DNA of 64,000 bases, from positions 55,460 through 119,459 of the forward strand of contig CAMMTJ010000003.1 of assembly GCA_946499835.1 (NCBI GenBank). Direction: 5' to 3'. This stretch comes from an uncultured Bacillota bacterium (GTDB taxonomy: Bacteria; Bacillota; Clostridia; Christensenellales; UBA1242). Shown here piece by piece: positions 46,869-55,124 of the stretch (positions are counted from its first letter, which is position 1; each line of letters starts with the position of its first letter). The position numbers and the translations under genes were made by a program. The notes below the pieces were generated by a model. It was given only the letters and a program-made list of their open reading frames with translations. It did no database searches and had not been told where the DNA came from.

Positions 46869-47834
46869 TCATTTCATATTGGTCAAATGGTTCAAAAGTC
46901 TCGCAAAACCAGAAGCACTATTTCCGCACAATTTGTCTTTGAATATACTGTTTTCTGGATTTTCAACAGACTTAAATTCTCTCATTGAATGCATACTGAG
47001 ATAATTTATAATCTTCACAAACGTCTTGTAAGCCTCATTTTCTTCAAAAAGATCGTCTGGGCAATTATAAAGCACGCTTTCCATAAAAATCTGGTTTGGC
47101 ATATAGTTGTTTATATCATAATACAGCACATTTAAGATTTTGAGCACATCGACAAAGACTCCCCCAACACGCTCAATTTTTTCATTTAATGACTGTATTC
47201 GCGTGCTAAAATCAACTGAGATATAGCCTTGCTTTTTATTAACAAAATACTTGAATTTTTCACCATCATAAAGCACAAGAATAAGCACAATTTGTGTGTT
47301 GCTTCCAAAATCTTCTTTTCCAACTACTGTGATGCGATTGTCATTGAGATACAAAAGCGTGGTTGGAAGCATATATTTGGCAATCGCTGTTTGAAGATCT
47401 TCTGCCAAATTATATATATTATAATTTGCTGGGTCAAAATTGATTTTTACCTCTTGCAAACTCTCTTCTTCTTTTTTCTTTTTGCGTTTTGAAACTTTTT
47501 TCTTTACTTTGCGATTGTTCCAAGCATATACAATTCTGTTTTTGAAATTTTTCCAAAAACGTGAACTTCGAGAAGTGTTCAAATCAATTTGAGCGTTGTC
47601 AACTGCCAGAAAATAAACAAATTTTGAATTGTCCGTCATTGCGCCATTCAAAAGTTCGTTTGCTGGTTGCAAAATAACATTGTTCAAGTTGACATAAGAA
47701 ATCTGTTTCGAAAGATCTTCAACGGCATTCGAAACTATTGCTTTCATTTTCTCATCAACAGCATCAATATATTCAATATTATCATTTCGAACAATGCTTT
47801 CAATGAGCCCTCTTGTTATCGCACCTCTTCTCAT
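46869..47834 (-). CDS. hypothetical 321-aa protein, possibly a divergent nucleotidyltransferase-fold protein, translationally coupled to serS
   Basis: SD AAGGGG overlaps the serS stop, with an 11-nt gap. The C-terminal region LKILNVLYYDIN...IFMESVLYNCPDDLF resembles the helical signature of Pol-beta/CD-NTase-like proteins. There is no clean GS...DxD motif. An internal K-rich insert (KKKVSKRKKKKEEE) is present. Confidence 0.7.
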   Translation of the reverse strand: MRRGAITRGLIESIVRNDNIEYIDAVDEKMKAIVSNAVEDLSKQISYVNLNNVILQPANELLNGAMTDNSKFVYFLAVDNAQIDLNTSRSSRFWKNFKNRIVYAWNNRKVKKKVSKRKKKKEEESLQEVKINFDPANYNIYNLAEDLQTAIAKYMLPTTLLYLNDNRITVVGKEDFGSNTQIVLILVLYDGEKFKYFVNKKQGYISVDFSTRIQSLNEKIERVGGVFVDVLKILNVLYYDINNYMPNQIFMESVLYNCPDDLFEENEAYKTFVKIINYLSMHSMREFKSVENPENSIFKDKLCGNSASGFARLLNHLTNMK

Positions 47835-47845
47835 TCAATCCCCTT

Positions 47846-49132
47846 TTATTTTTTTGGAAAAATTTGAGTTTTTCCACCCATATATGGTTGCAAACATTTT
47901 GGAATAGAAATTGAGCCATCTTCTTGTATATTATTTTCCAAAAATGCAATAAGCGCCCTCGGTGTTGCCAAAACTGTGTTGTTGAGAGTGTGCAAATAAT
48001 ATGATTGTTTGTCATTTTTTGCTTTTATGCCAAGTCTTCTCGCTTGTGCATCACCAAGTGTTGAACAAGAACATACTTCAAAATATTTCTTTTGTCTTGG
48101 ACTCCATGCTTCAATGTCACAACTTTTCACTTTCAAATCAGCAAGGTCGCCACTGCAACATTCAAGTGCTCTGACTGGAATATTCAAATTTCTGAAAATT
48201 TCAACTGAGAAATGCCACATTTTGTCATACCAAGCCATGCTATCTTCTGGTTTGCAAAGGACGATCATTTCCTGTTTTTCAAATTGATGAACTCTATAAA
48301 GTCCACGTTCTTCAAGTCCATGTGCGCCAATTTCTTTTCTAAAACATGGAGAATAAGATGTCATAGTTATAGGCAAAGATTGTTCATTGATGATTTGTCC
48401 CTTAAATCTTCCAATCATGCTGTGTTCACTTGTGCCAATAAGATAGAGGTCTTCGCCTTCTATTTTATACATCATGGCTTCCATTTCAGCAAAACTCATG
48501 ACGCCATTGACCACATCGCTTCTTATCATAAATGGTGGTATTGCATAAGTGAAGCCTTTGTCAATCATAAAATCTCTGCCATAAGCAAGCATAGCCTCAT
48601 GAAGTCTTGCCGCATCACCTATGAGATAATAAAACCCCGTGCCACTTGTTCTTCCAGCGCTTTCTTTATCAAGTCCACCTATGCTGTCAAGAATATCGGC
48701 ATGATATGGCACTTCAAAACTTGGGACTTTGGCTTCACCATACCTTTCAATTTCCACATTTTCTCTGTCATCTTTGCCGATAGGAACGCTTTTGTCAATA
48801 ATATTTGGAATGACCATCATGTCTTTCTTTATTTTTTCGGCAAGTTCTTCTGTCTGCTTTTCAATCTCAACAATCTTTTGATTGTTTTGCACCACTTGTG
48901 CCTTGATTTTCTCAGCCTTGTCAACTTCTTTATTTTTCATAAGCATACCAATTTGTTGACTTAGGCTGTTTCTCTGTGCACGGAGATCATCTCCTTGCTT
49001 TTTTAATTCGCGGATTTGACTGTCAAGAGCCAAAACCTCATCAACATATCCAAGTTTTTCATCTTGAAATTTCTTCTTGATATTTTCTTTCACGAGGTCT
49101 GGATTTGTCCTAATCAAATTTATGTCAATCAT
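47846..49132 (-). CDS. serS: seryl-tRNA synthetase
   Basis: N-terminal coiled-coil arm (MIDINLIRTNPDLVKENI) and class II motifs (FRKEIGAHG, RVHQFEKQE, GDAQARR). Confidence 0.95.
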   Translation of the reverse strand: MIDINLIRTNPDLVKENIKKKFQDEKLGYVDEVLALDSQIRELKKQGDDLRAQRNSLSQQIGMLMKNKEVDKAEKIKAQVVQNNQKIVEIEKQTEELAEKIKKDMMVIPNIIDKSVPIGKDDRENVEIERYGEAKVPSFEVPYHADILDSIGGLDKESAGRTSGTGFYYLIGDAARLHEAMLAYGRDFMIDKGFTYAIPPFMIRSDVVNGVMSFAEMEAMMYKIEGEDLYLIGTSEHSMIGRFKGQIINEQSLPITMTSYSPCFRKEIGAHGLEERGLYRVHQFEKQEMIVLCKPEDSMAWYDKMWHFSVEIFRNLNIPVRALECCSGDLADLKVKSCDIEAWSPRQKKYFEVCSCSTLGDAQARRLGIKAKNDKQSYYLHTLNNTVLATPRALIAFLENNIQEDGSISIPKCLQPYMGGKTQIFPKK

Positions 49133-49155
49133 GATATTCTCCTTTATTTTCAGTT

Positions 49156-49185
49156 ATTATACAATTTTCTGACAATTTAAGTCAA
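49156..49185 (-). promoter_or_regulatory. serS promoter with a short leader and no T-box
   Basis: On the minus strand: TTGACT (49185-49180), an 18-bp spacer, then TATAAT (49161-49156). The ATG is about 24 nt downstream, behind AAGGAG. Confidence 0.55.
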
Positions 49186-49342
49186 CTAAACATCAAACAT
49201 ATCAAAACTTTCTTGCTATGCAAACAAGTCAAATTGTCGTTATATAATGCAAAAACAAAATTCGATAAAGTTATACCACAATATCTTGTGGCTTGTATGA
49301 GCATAATAGCACATATATGCTTTATTTATTGTCAATTTTTGT

Positions 49343-49371
49343 TAGACTTAAAAATAAAAAGATGATATAAT
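49343..49371 (+). promoter_or_regulatory. candidate promoter with leaderless start for the recombinase gene
   Basis: TAGACT (49343-49348), a 17-bp spacer, then TGa-TATAAT (49363-49371). The ATG at 49378 is 7 nt after the hexamer, with no SD before either 49372 or 49378. Confidence 0.45.
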
Positions 49372-49377
49372 ATGAAT

Positions 49378-50427
49378 ATGGCTCAAAGTTCTTTTTATCA
49401 AAAAAGAGATTTGCAAAATAGAATCAAGACTGGCAAATATATTGAAAACTTGCCTGAGTTTTGCTATGACTTTTTGATTGCGATTGAAAACAACACATCT
49501 TCACTTACAAGATATAATTATGCCATGGATCTTTCTATATTTTTTGACTATCTCGGCAAGTTTGTTTTCAATAAACCTCGCAAAGATATAACTCTTGACG
49601 ATATTGAAGATTTGAGAACAAAAAATATTGAGCAGTATTTATCATACCTCACCTATTATGAAGACGATGAAGGCAAAGTGATGAAGAATGGCGAAAACGG
49701 AAAGGCAAGAAAACTTGCTTCAATTCGTTCTTTATTCAAATATCTTTTCAATCACGATCTTATCTCAGCAAACATTGCAAGCAAGATTGAGACGCCAAAA
49801 CTGCATAATAAAGAGATCATCCGTCTTGAACAAACAGAAGTTGAACATATGCTTTCTTCTATTGAAAACCCTCAAACCTTTTCTGAAAGGCAAAAGAATT
49901 ACAACAAAAACACTTTTGAAAGAGACAATGCCATTGTCACTCTATTTCTTGGCACAGGCATTCGTATCAGTGAACTGGTTGGACTCAATGTAGAGAGTTT
50001 TGATTTCTCTCAAAACGCCTTTACAGTCACTCGTAAAGGTGGAAATCAAAGCACTCTTTACTTTTCAAATGAAGTTGCAAGAGCACTCAAAACTTGGCTT
50101 GAAAAGAGAGCCACACTCGGACTTGACAAAGATGAAAAGGCAATGTTTATTTCCTTGCAAGACAAACGCATCTCAATACGCGCAGTTGAGAATTTGGTTA
50201 AAAAATTTGCAAAGGAAGCCTCCCCTCTTAAAAAAATATCACCTCACAAACTGAGGAGCACTTTTGGCACAAACTTGTATCGCGAAACAAAGGACATCTA
50301 TATTGTTGCCGATGTGCTGGGGCATAAAGACGTCAACACAACCAAAAAGCACTACGCCGCAATAAGCGAAGATATGCGAAAATCTGTGGCAAGCGCGGTA
50401 ACTCTACGAAAAGATGAAAATAAATAA
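49378..50427 (+). CDS. tyrosine recombinase, XerC/XerD family
   Basis: Core-binding N-terminal domain (LPEFCYDFL...SSLTRYNYAMDLSIFFDYL) and catalytic residues in GIRISELVGL, HKLRSTFGT and LGHKDVNTTKKHY. An alternative start lies at 49372. Confidence 0.85.
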   Translation: MAQSSFYQKRDLQNRIKTGKYIENLPEFCYDFLIAIENNTSSLTRYNYAMDLSIFFDYLGKFVFNKPRKDITLDDIEDLRTKNIEQYLSYLTYYEDDEGKVMKNGENGKARKLASIRSLFKYLFNHDLISANIASKIETPKLHNKEIIRLEQTEVEHMLSSIENPQTFSERQKNYNKNTFERDNAIVTLFLGTGIRISELVGLNVESFDFSQNAFTVTRKGGNQSTLYFSNEVARALKTWLEKRATLGLDKDEKAMFISLQDKRISIRAVENLVKKFAKEASPLKKISPHKLRSTFGTNLYRETKDIYIVADVLGHKDVNTTKKHYAAISEDMRKSVASAVTLRKDENK

Positions 50428-50599
50428 AAATTTTTTATTTTGTTTGTATAATATTTTCGCCACTGCACACAATAGTTGCGTGAAGGAAATATGCTTCACA
50501 TTAACGGAAAGAAGTTTGGGATTTACTTTGCCTAGACTTCTTTTTGTTTTTTAACTTTTTATATAATCATTAAAAAACCACTCATTTTTTTTGAGCGGT

Positions 50600-51823
50600 C
50601 TAATTATTTTCACATTCTTCAATCATCCAATCAGTGTAAACGCCATATCCTTTTGTTGGATCAGACAAAAACACATGTGTCACTGCTCCCACAATCTTGC
50701 CATCTTGCAAGATAGGAGATCCACTCATACCTTGAACAATACCTCCCGTCAGGTCAATAAGACGTTTATCTTTCACCCTGAACACAAGGCTTTTGTCATC
50801 ACTTTTGGCTTGATAACTTGCTTTGATAATTTCTATATCATATTCTTCTCGCAAGCCACTGACTGATGAGATAATCTTCGCTTTCCCTGGTTTTACAGAC
50901 AATCTGCCACCTACTTTTGCGGTAAGATTGCTGTCAACAAGTTTGCTTATATCATTCAGTTTTCCGCTTATTCCAAACTTGTTGTTGACAGCAACTGTCC
51001 CACTTTCATCACTTTGCAAAAACAAACATTTCAGTTGACCTGGGGCATTTTTCTGTCCTTTATTGATTCCCACAAGAGAGCAATTGAAAACCTTTCCGTC
51101 CGTTATCGGCAATATGTTTTCCGTTTGTCCATCTGTTATGGCATGACCAAGTCCACAAAAATTGTGAGTGTCTTTATGTACAAAGGTTAGCGTTCCCACC
51201 CCTGACATATCATCTCGCCCCCAGATGCCAAGTTTATATCCTTCTTCGCTTTTGACAAGTGGCACCGAGCATTTTTGCAATTTGTTGCCACGGATAAATT
51301 CAATCTCCACTTGATCATCGCTGACATTTTGCAAAATCTCTTCCACATCATCGACATTACCAGCTTCTTTATTATTGATTTTGGTGATGATATCACCCGC
51401 TTTGAGTTTTTTGTTTTTGATTTCTTTTATTTGACCGCCATCGGCAGAATATGATGTGTCCGCCATCACAATAACACCATCTGAATTGACATTTATGCCG
51501 ATAGGCACACCGCCAACATAAACCTCTTCTTCTGGCAAAATGGAAACTTTGACTTTGCGAATAGGTATAAAGCCAAACAGTTTGAAAACCACAATGCCCT
51601 CTTTCTTCTTTTCGCTTCCGACTTCTGTTTCACTGCCTTCAAACTCTGTTTTTACAAAGCCACCAAAAGATGCAGATTTGTTGGCTTCATCAATTTCTGA
51701 ATAATTTGTTTTGAAATCCTCTGGCAGTGCAAAAATGTCCAAGAATTTTACGTTTGCAAACAAGGTGACAAAGACAAGTAAAAAAGAAAAAATGCACATG
51801 ATTATCTTATCTTTTTTTGTCAT
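50600..51823 (-). CDS. spoIVB: SpoIVB peptidase (S55), sporulation signalling protease
   Basis: N-terminal TM helix, a PDZ domain (LKAGDIITKINNKEAGNVDD), and the S55 catalytic region (GLGHAITD, GMSGSPIL). Confidence 0.92.
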   Translation of the reverse strand: MTKKDKIIMCIFSFLLVFVTLFANVKFLDIFALPEDFKTNYSEIDEANKSASFGGFVKTEFEGSETEVGSEKKKEGIVVFKLFGFIPIRKVKVSILPEEEVYVGGVPIGINVNSDGVIVMADTSYSADGGQIKEIKNKKLKAGDIITKINNKEAGNVDDVEEILQNVSDDQVEIEFIRGNKLQKCSVPLVKSEEGYKLGIWGRDDMSGVGTLTFVHKDTHNFCGLGHAITDGQTENILPITDGKVFNCSLVGINKGQKNAPGQLKCLFLQSDESGTVAVNNKFGISGKLNDISKLVDSNLTAKVGGRLSVKPGKAKIISSVSGLREEYDIEIIKASYQAKSDDKSLVFRVKDKRLIDLTGGIVQGMSGSPILQDGKIVGAVTHVFLSDPTKGYGVYTDWMIEECENN

Positions 51824-51832
51824 AACTCCTCC

Positions 51833-51866
51833 ATAAAAAAACTAAACTCGCTTTTGAGTTTAGTTT
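51833..51866 (-). terminator. rho-independent terminator between recN and spoIVB
   Basis: On the minus strand: 11-bp stem AAACTAAACTC/GAGTTTAGTTT (51866-51839) followed by T8. Confidence 0.8.
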
Positions 51867-51883
51867 GTGTAATTTTGGTGAAA

Positions 51884-53554
51884 TTATGCTCTGGTCTTTG
51901 TCTGGTCTATCATTTCTTGCGCGTGTTTTAACGCCACTTGTGAAATCTTGTCGCCACCAATCATTCTTGCAATTTCACTGACAACTTCATCACCTTGCAA
52001 ATGTTTAACTTCTGTGTAAGTGCTTCTCTCATCCTCTTTTTTGCTCACATAGAAGAAGTCGTCACCAAAAGAGGCAACTTGTGGCAAGTGAGTTATGCAG
52101 ATGATTTGACTGCTCTTTGTAAGGTTCTTGATCTTTTGCCCTACGATAACACCAGTCTCACCACTTATTCCGCTGTCAATCTCATCGAATATAAGCGTGC
52201 CTGTTTTGTCAATTTGAGAAAAGATGTTTTTGATTGCAAGCATAAATCTGCTCAATTCTCCACCTGACGCTGTTTTTGACAAAGATTTCACATCTTGACC
52301 CTTGTTCGCAGAAAAAGTGAACTCAACCTCGTCTTTTCCGTTTGCAGTTATCGGAGCCAAAGTAAACGCACTCTTAAACACAGTTGACTTCATGCCAAGT
52401 TCGCGAAGTTCTGCAACTATGCGATTTTCTATGTCAAGGGCAACCTTTTTGCGTTTTATAGACAACTGCTCAGCAAGTGAAGAAAGTTCTCCATCCTCTT
52501 TTTCCAGTTGTTTTTCATACTTTTCTATCAAGAAATCGGCATCTTCAAGAGCATTAACTTTTTCCTTAATTTGAGCCAAATATTCTAATGCCTTTTCACA
52601 TGATCCGCCATACTTTTTGACAAGTGACCTGATAAGGTCATAGCGTCTGTCAAGTCTCTCAAACTCACGCTCATCGAATGAAAGTTCATTTTTTATCTCT
52701 TTCAAGGTCTGTGAAATGTCCTCTATCTCATATCTCGCACTGGTAAGTCTTTCTCTGCAATTATTTATATTTTCAAAAGATGATAATGATGAAAGCATGG
52801 CTTCACATTGCTGAATTTGATCAATCACTGATGAAGATGAGTCCTCCAAAGATTCCTCACAACCAGAGAGTGCTTCATTTATTCTTTCAGCAGAAGAATA
52901 CATGTCAAGTTTATTTTTGAGTTCCTCTTCTTCTCCTGCTTGCAACTGAGCCTTTTCAAGTTCTTCTATTTGATATGAAAGAAGTTCTTTTGTGCGCTCT
53001 CTTTCAAACTTATCTCCACCAAGATCGGTAATCTGTTTTTTGATTGCTTGCACTTTGGAAAAACTTTCGCTCACTTTTTCTTTGATAGACAAAATTTCAT
53101 CTCCACCAAATTTATCGAGAAGCGCAAGATGGTTCTTCGCTTTAAGAAGTGAAATGCTCTCATGTTGTGAGTAACTGTCCACCAGCATCTGACCAACAGT
53201 TTTCAGCATGCCAAGGCTGACTGATTTGCCATTGATCTTGCACACGTTTTTCATGTCATCAAAAAGCGTCCTTGAAAGCATAACCTCGCCATCATCTTCC
53301 AAAAGATCATTTTCAACCAAAAAATCTTTGACGTTTTGACCAATAAAGGAAAAGATTGCATCGACCTTCATCAAGTTTTCGCCGTAGCGGACAAGCGTCT
53401 TGTCTGCTTTTGAGCCAAGCACGAAGTTGAGAGAATCAAAAATAATGCTCTTTCCAGCACCAGTTTCACCGACAAGAACATTAAAGCCTTTTCCAAAATC
53501 TATTTCAATCTCTTTGATGAGAGCAACGTTTTTTATAGATAACGATTGAAGCAC
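51884..53554 (-). CDS. recN: DNA repair protein RecN
   Basis: GTG start behind GGAGG. Walker A GETGAGKSII, a long coiled-coil, and the signature ASGGELSRFMLA plus LIFDEIDSGISG. Confidence 0.95.
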   Translation of the reverse strand: MLQSLSIKNVALIKEIEIDFGKGFNVLVGETGAGKSIIFDSLNFVLGSKADKTLVRYGENLMKVDAIFSFIGQNVKDFLVENDLLEDDGEVMLSRTLFDDMKNVCKINGKSVSLGMLKTVGQMLVDSYSQHESISLLKAKNHLALLDKFGGDEILSIKEKVSESFSKVQAIKKQITDLGGDKFERERTKELLSYQIEELEKAQLQAGEEEELKNKLDMYSSAERINEALSGCEESLEDSSSSVIDQIQQCEAMLSSLSSFENINNCRERLTSARYEIEDISQTLKEIKNELSFDEREFERLDRRYDLIRSLVKKYGGSCEKALEYLAQIKEKVNALEDADFLIEKYEKQLEKEDGELSSLAEQLSIKRKKVALDIENRIVAELRELGMKSTVFKSAFTLAPITANGKDEVEFTFSANKGQDVKSLSKTASGGELSRFMLAIKNIFSQIDKTGTLIFDEIDSGISGETGVIVGQKIKNLTKSSQIICITHLPQVASFGDDFFYVSKKEDERSTYTEVKHLQGDEVVSEIARMIGGDKISQVALKHAQEMIDQTKTRA

Positions 53555-53565
53555 TCTCTTGCCTC

Positions 53566-54018
53566 CTATTTCAAAATATCGTTCAGTGTCAAAACAACAT
53601 CATTTGCAACAATGCTTGTTGGAAAGATAAGCATAACCGTGTCATCACCACAGACAGCGCCCATAAGGTCAGTCAGGTTGAGTTTGTCAACAAAACCGCA
53701 AATGCCTGTGCCCATACCTTTCATAGTTTTGAGCACAACCAAATTCATTGCAGACTTGACTGAGATGACGCCTTCTTTGAAGATGGATATGTATTTGTTT
53801 GAGATAGCCTGATCATCAGAGCCGACAAAAGTATATTTATATTTCCCAGAACTAGACAAAATCTTGGTAAGACCAAGTTCTTTTATATCCCTAGAAATTG
53901 TCGCTTGCGTAATGTCAAAATCGGCATTTTTAAGTTCTCTTGCAAGTTCATCTTGCGTTTCAATCTCTTTTGTTGAGATAAGTTCCAGAATTTTGGACTG
54001 TCTTGCGCTCCTAGCCAT
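53566..54018 (-). CDS. argR: arginine repressor
   Basis: RQSKILELISTKEIETQDELARELK...ATISRDIKELGL and C-terminal GAVCGDDTVMLI. Confidence 0.93.
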   Translation of the reverse strand: MARSARQSKILELISTKEIETQDELARELKNADFDITQATISRDIKELGLTKILSSSGKYKYTFVGSDDQAISNKYISIFKEGVISVKSAMNLVVLKTMKGMGTGICGFVDKLNLTDLMGAVCGDDTVMLIFPTSIVANDVVLTLNDILK

Positions 54019-54111
54019 TTCTCTCTCCTTAAACGCTAATCTCCTTTGTTTTCAAGGGTTGTAGCGATTTTGCATAAATATAAATTTATCTTTATTCATG
54101 CTTTTTTGATT

Positions 54112-54140
54112 ATTATACAACAATTTTTATAAATATGCAA
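54112..54140 (-). promoter_or_regulatory. argR promoter
   Basis: On the minus strand: TTGCAT (54140-54135), a 17-bp spacer, then TATAAT (54117-54112). Confidence 0.5.
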
Positions 54141-54147
54141 CTGCTTT

Positions 54148-54163
54148 TTGCATATTTATTCAT
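54148..54163. promoter_or_regulatory. candidate ARG box (ArgR operator)
   Basis: TTGCATATTTATTCAT matches nTGAAT-WWWW-ATTCAn with one mismatch. Weaker half-site matches lie at 54071-54088, 54091-54101 and 54172-54188. Confidence 0.35.
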
Positions 54164-54299
54164 ATGATTTTTATGAATATATACATTTGTGCAAAAATAT
54201 AAAAATCAAATTTATAATTATAGATGCCTATACATTTGCATTTTAACTAAAAAAAACAGACTCCTCCCCTAAAAACAACTTCACATTACCAAACAAACC

Positions 54300-54328
54300 T
54301 TGACAAACTCCCCTTCCTTTGATATAAT
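54300..54328 (+). promoter_or_regulatory. promoter of the DUF4116-like gene
   Basis: TTGACA (54300-54305), a 17-bp spacer, then TGa-TATAAT (54320-54328). Both hexamers match consensus perfectly. Confidence 0.6.
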
Positions 54329-54357
54329 TATAATGATCAATATAAAGGGGGAAATTT

Positions 54358-55074
54358 ATGAGTATTATTGATAAAATCAAAAAGAAAAAATATATTAAAA
54401 AAATTCTTGCATTCAATGGGCCTGACTCTGAGGCTGACAAATACTTTGGGTCTTTTGATGATGAGGCATTGAAACTTTTTAGTGATGACAAAGATGTCAT
54501 GCTCGCTTTTGTAAGCAAAAATCCTTTCTATCTTGCATATGCTTCTGATAGACTTAAAAGCGATCCAGATTTGGCATTGACAACGCTTACTGCATGGCCT
54601 CAATTTGACAATAAAATTTTTGCAATGGTTTCAGATGAACTTCGTCAAAATCCAAAATTTGTTATTGAAGCGCTCAAACTCGCTGAGAGTCCTTATGACA
54701 TTGGACAATTGATCTATGATCAACTTGCAACAAATGAAGAGGTCGCACAAGCATATGAACAAATTTGTGAAGCAACACCTTTCACCGCAGTTTCAGCTGG
54801 AAGTATAACAAAATATGAAAGAAAAGAAGATGGAAAAGAAATAGAATCAATGAGAAGAAAGAATTTCCATTTGCGACTTCAAGTAATAGCAGATTTGGGA
54901 AATGGAAAGACAAGCGAGTGTATTTGGGTCACAGAAATGGCAGAAGCGCCATCCCCTTTTCAAAAAGGTAGCGACGAAGCACATTCAAGTCTTTTTGAAT
55001 TGATCTTTGATCAGGCTCAAAATGAATATCAAAGACGAGAATTGAAAAAAGCACAAGAAGACGGAATGCAATAA
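54358..55074 (+). CDS. DUF4116-repeat protein with an unassigned C-terminal half
   Basis: Repeats of the type DVMLAFVSKNPFYLAYASDRLKSDPDLAL and MVSDELRQNPKFVIEAL resemble DUF4116. Confidence 0.65.
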   Translation: MSIIDKIKKKKYIKKILAFNGPDSEADKYFGSFDDEALKLFSDDKDVMLAFVSKNPFYLAYASDRLKSDPDLALTTLTAWPQFDNKIFAMVSDELRQNPKFVIEALKLAESPYDIGQLIYDQLATNEEVAQAYEQICEATPFTAVSAGSITKYERKEDGKEIESMRRKNFHLRLQVIADLGNGKTSECIWVTEMAEAPSPFQKGSDEAHSSLFELIFDQAQNEYQRRELKKAQEDGMQ

Positions 55075-55107
55075 AAGAAAAGGCGAACTTATTGTTCGCT
55101 TTTTTTA
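55075..55107. terminator. bidirectional terminator between the DUF4116 gene and thiI
   Basis: Stem GCGAAC (55083-55088) pairs with GTTCGC (55094-55099), flanked by an A-rich run and T7. Confidence 0.7.
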
Positions 55108-55124
55108 TTTATGATTTTCATCTT

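Noticed and set aside
48212-48964. A 250-aa plus-strand ORF inside serS.
   Set aside because: It is antisense to serS. Its composition is F/I/H-rich and looks like nonsense, and it has no translation signals.
49372-50427. Tyrosine recombinase as a marker of an integrated mobile element.
   Set aside because: There are no phage or conjugation genes, no flanking direct repeats or att-like sites, and no compositional break. The N-terminal core-binding domain and gene context fit a chromosomal Xer-type recombinase.
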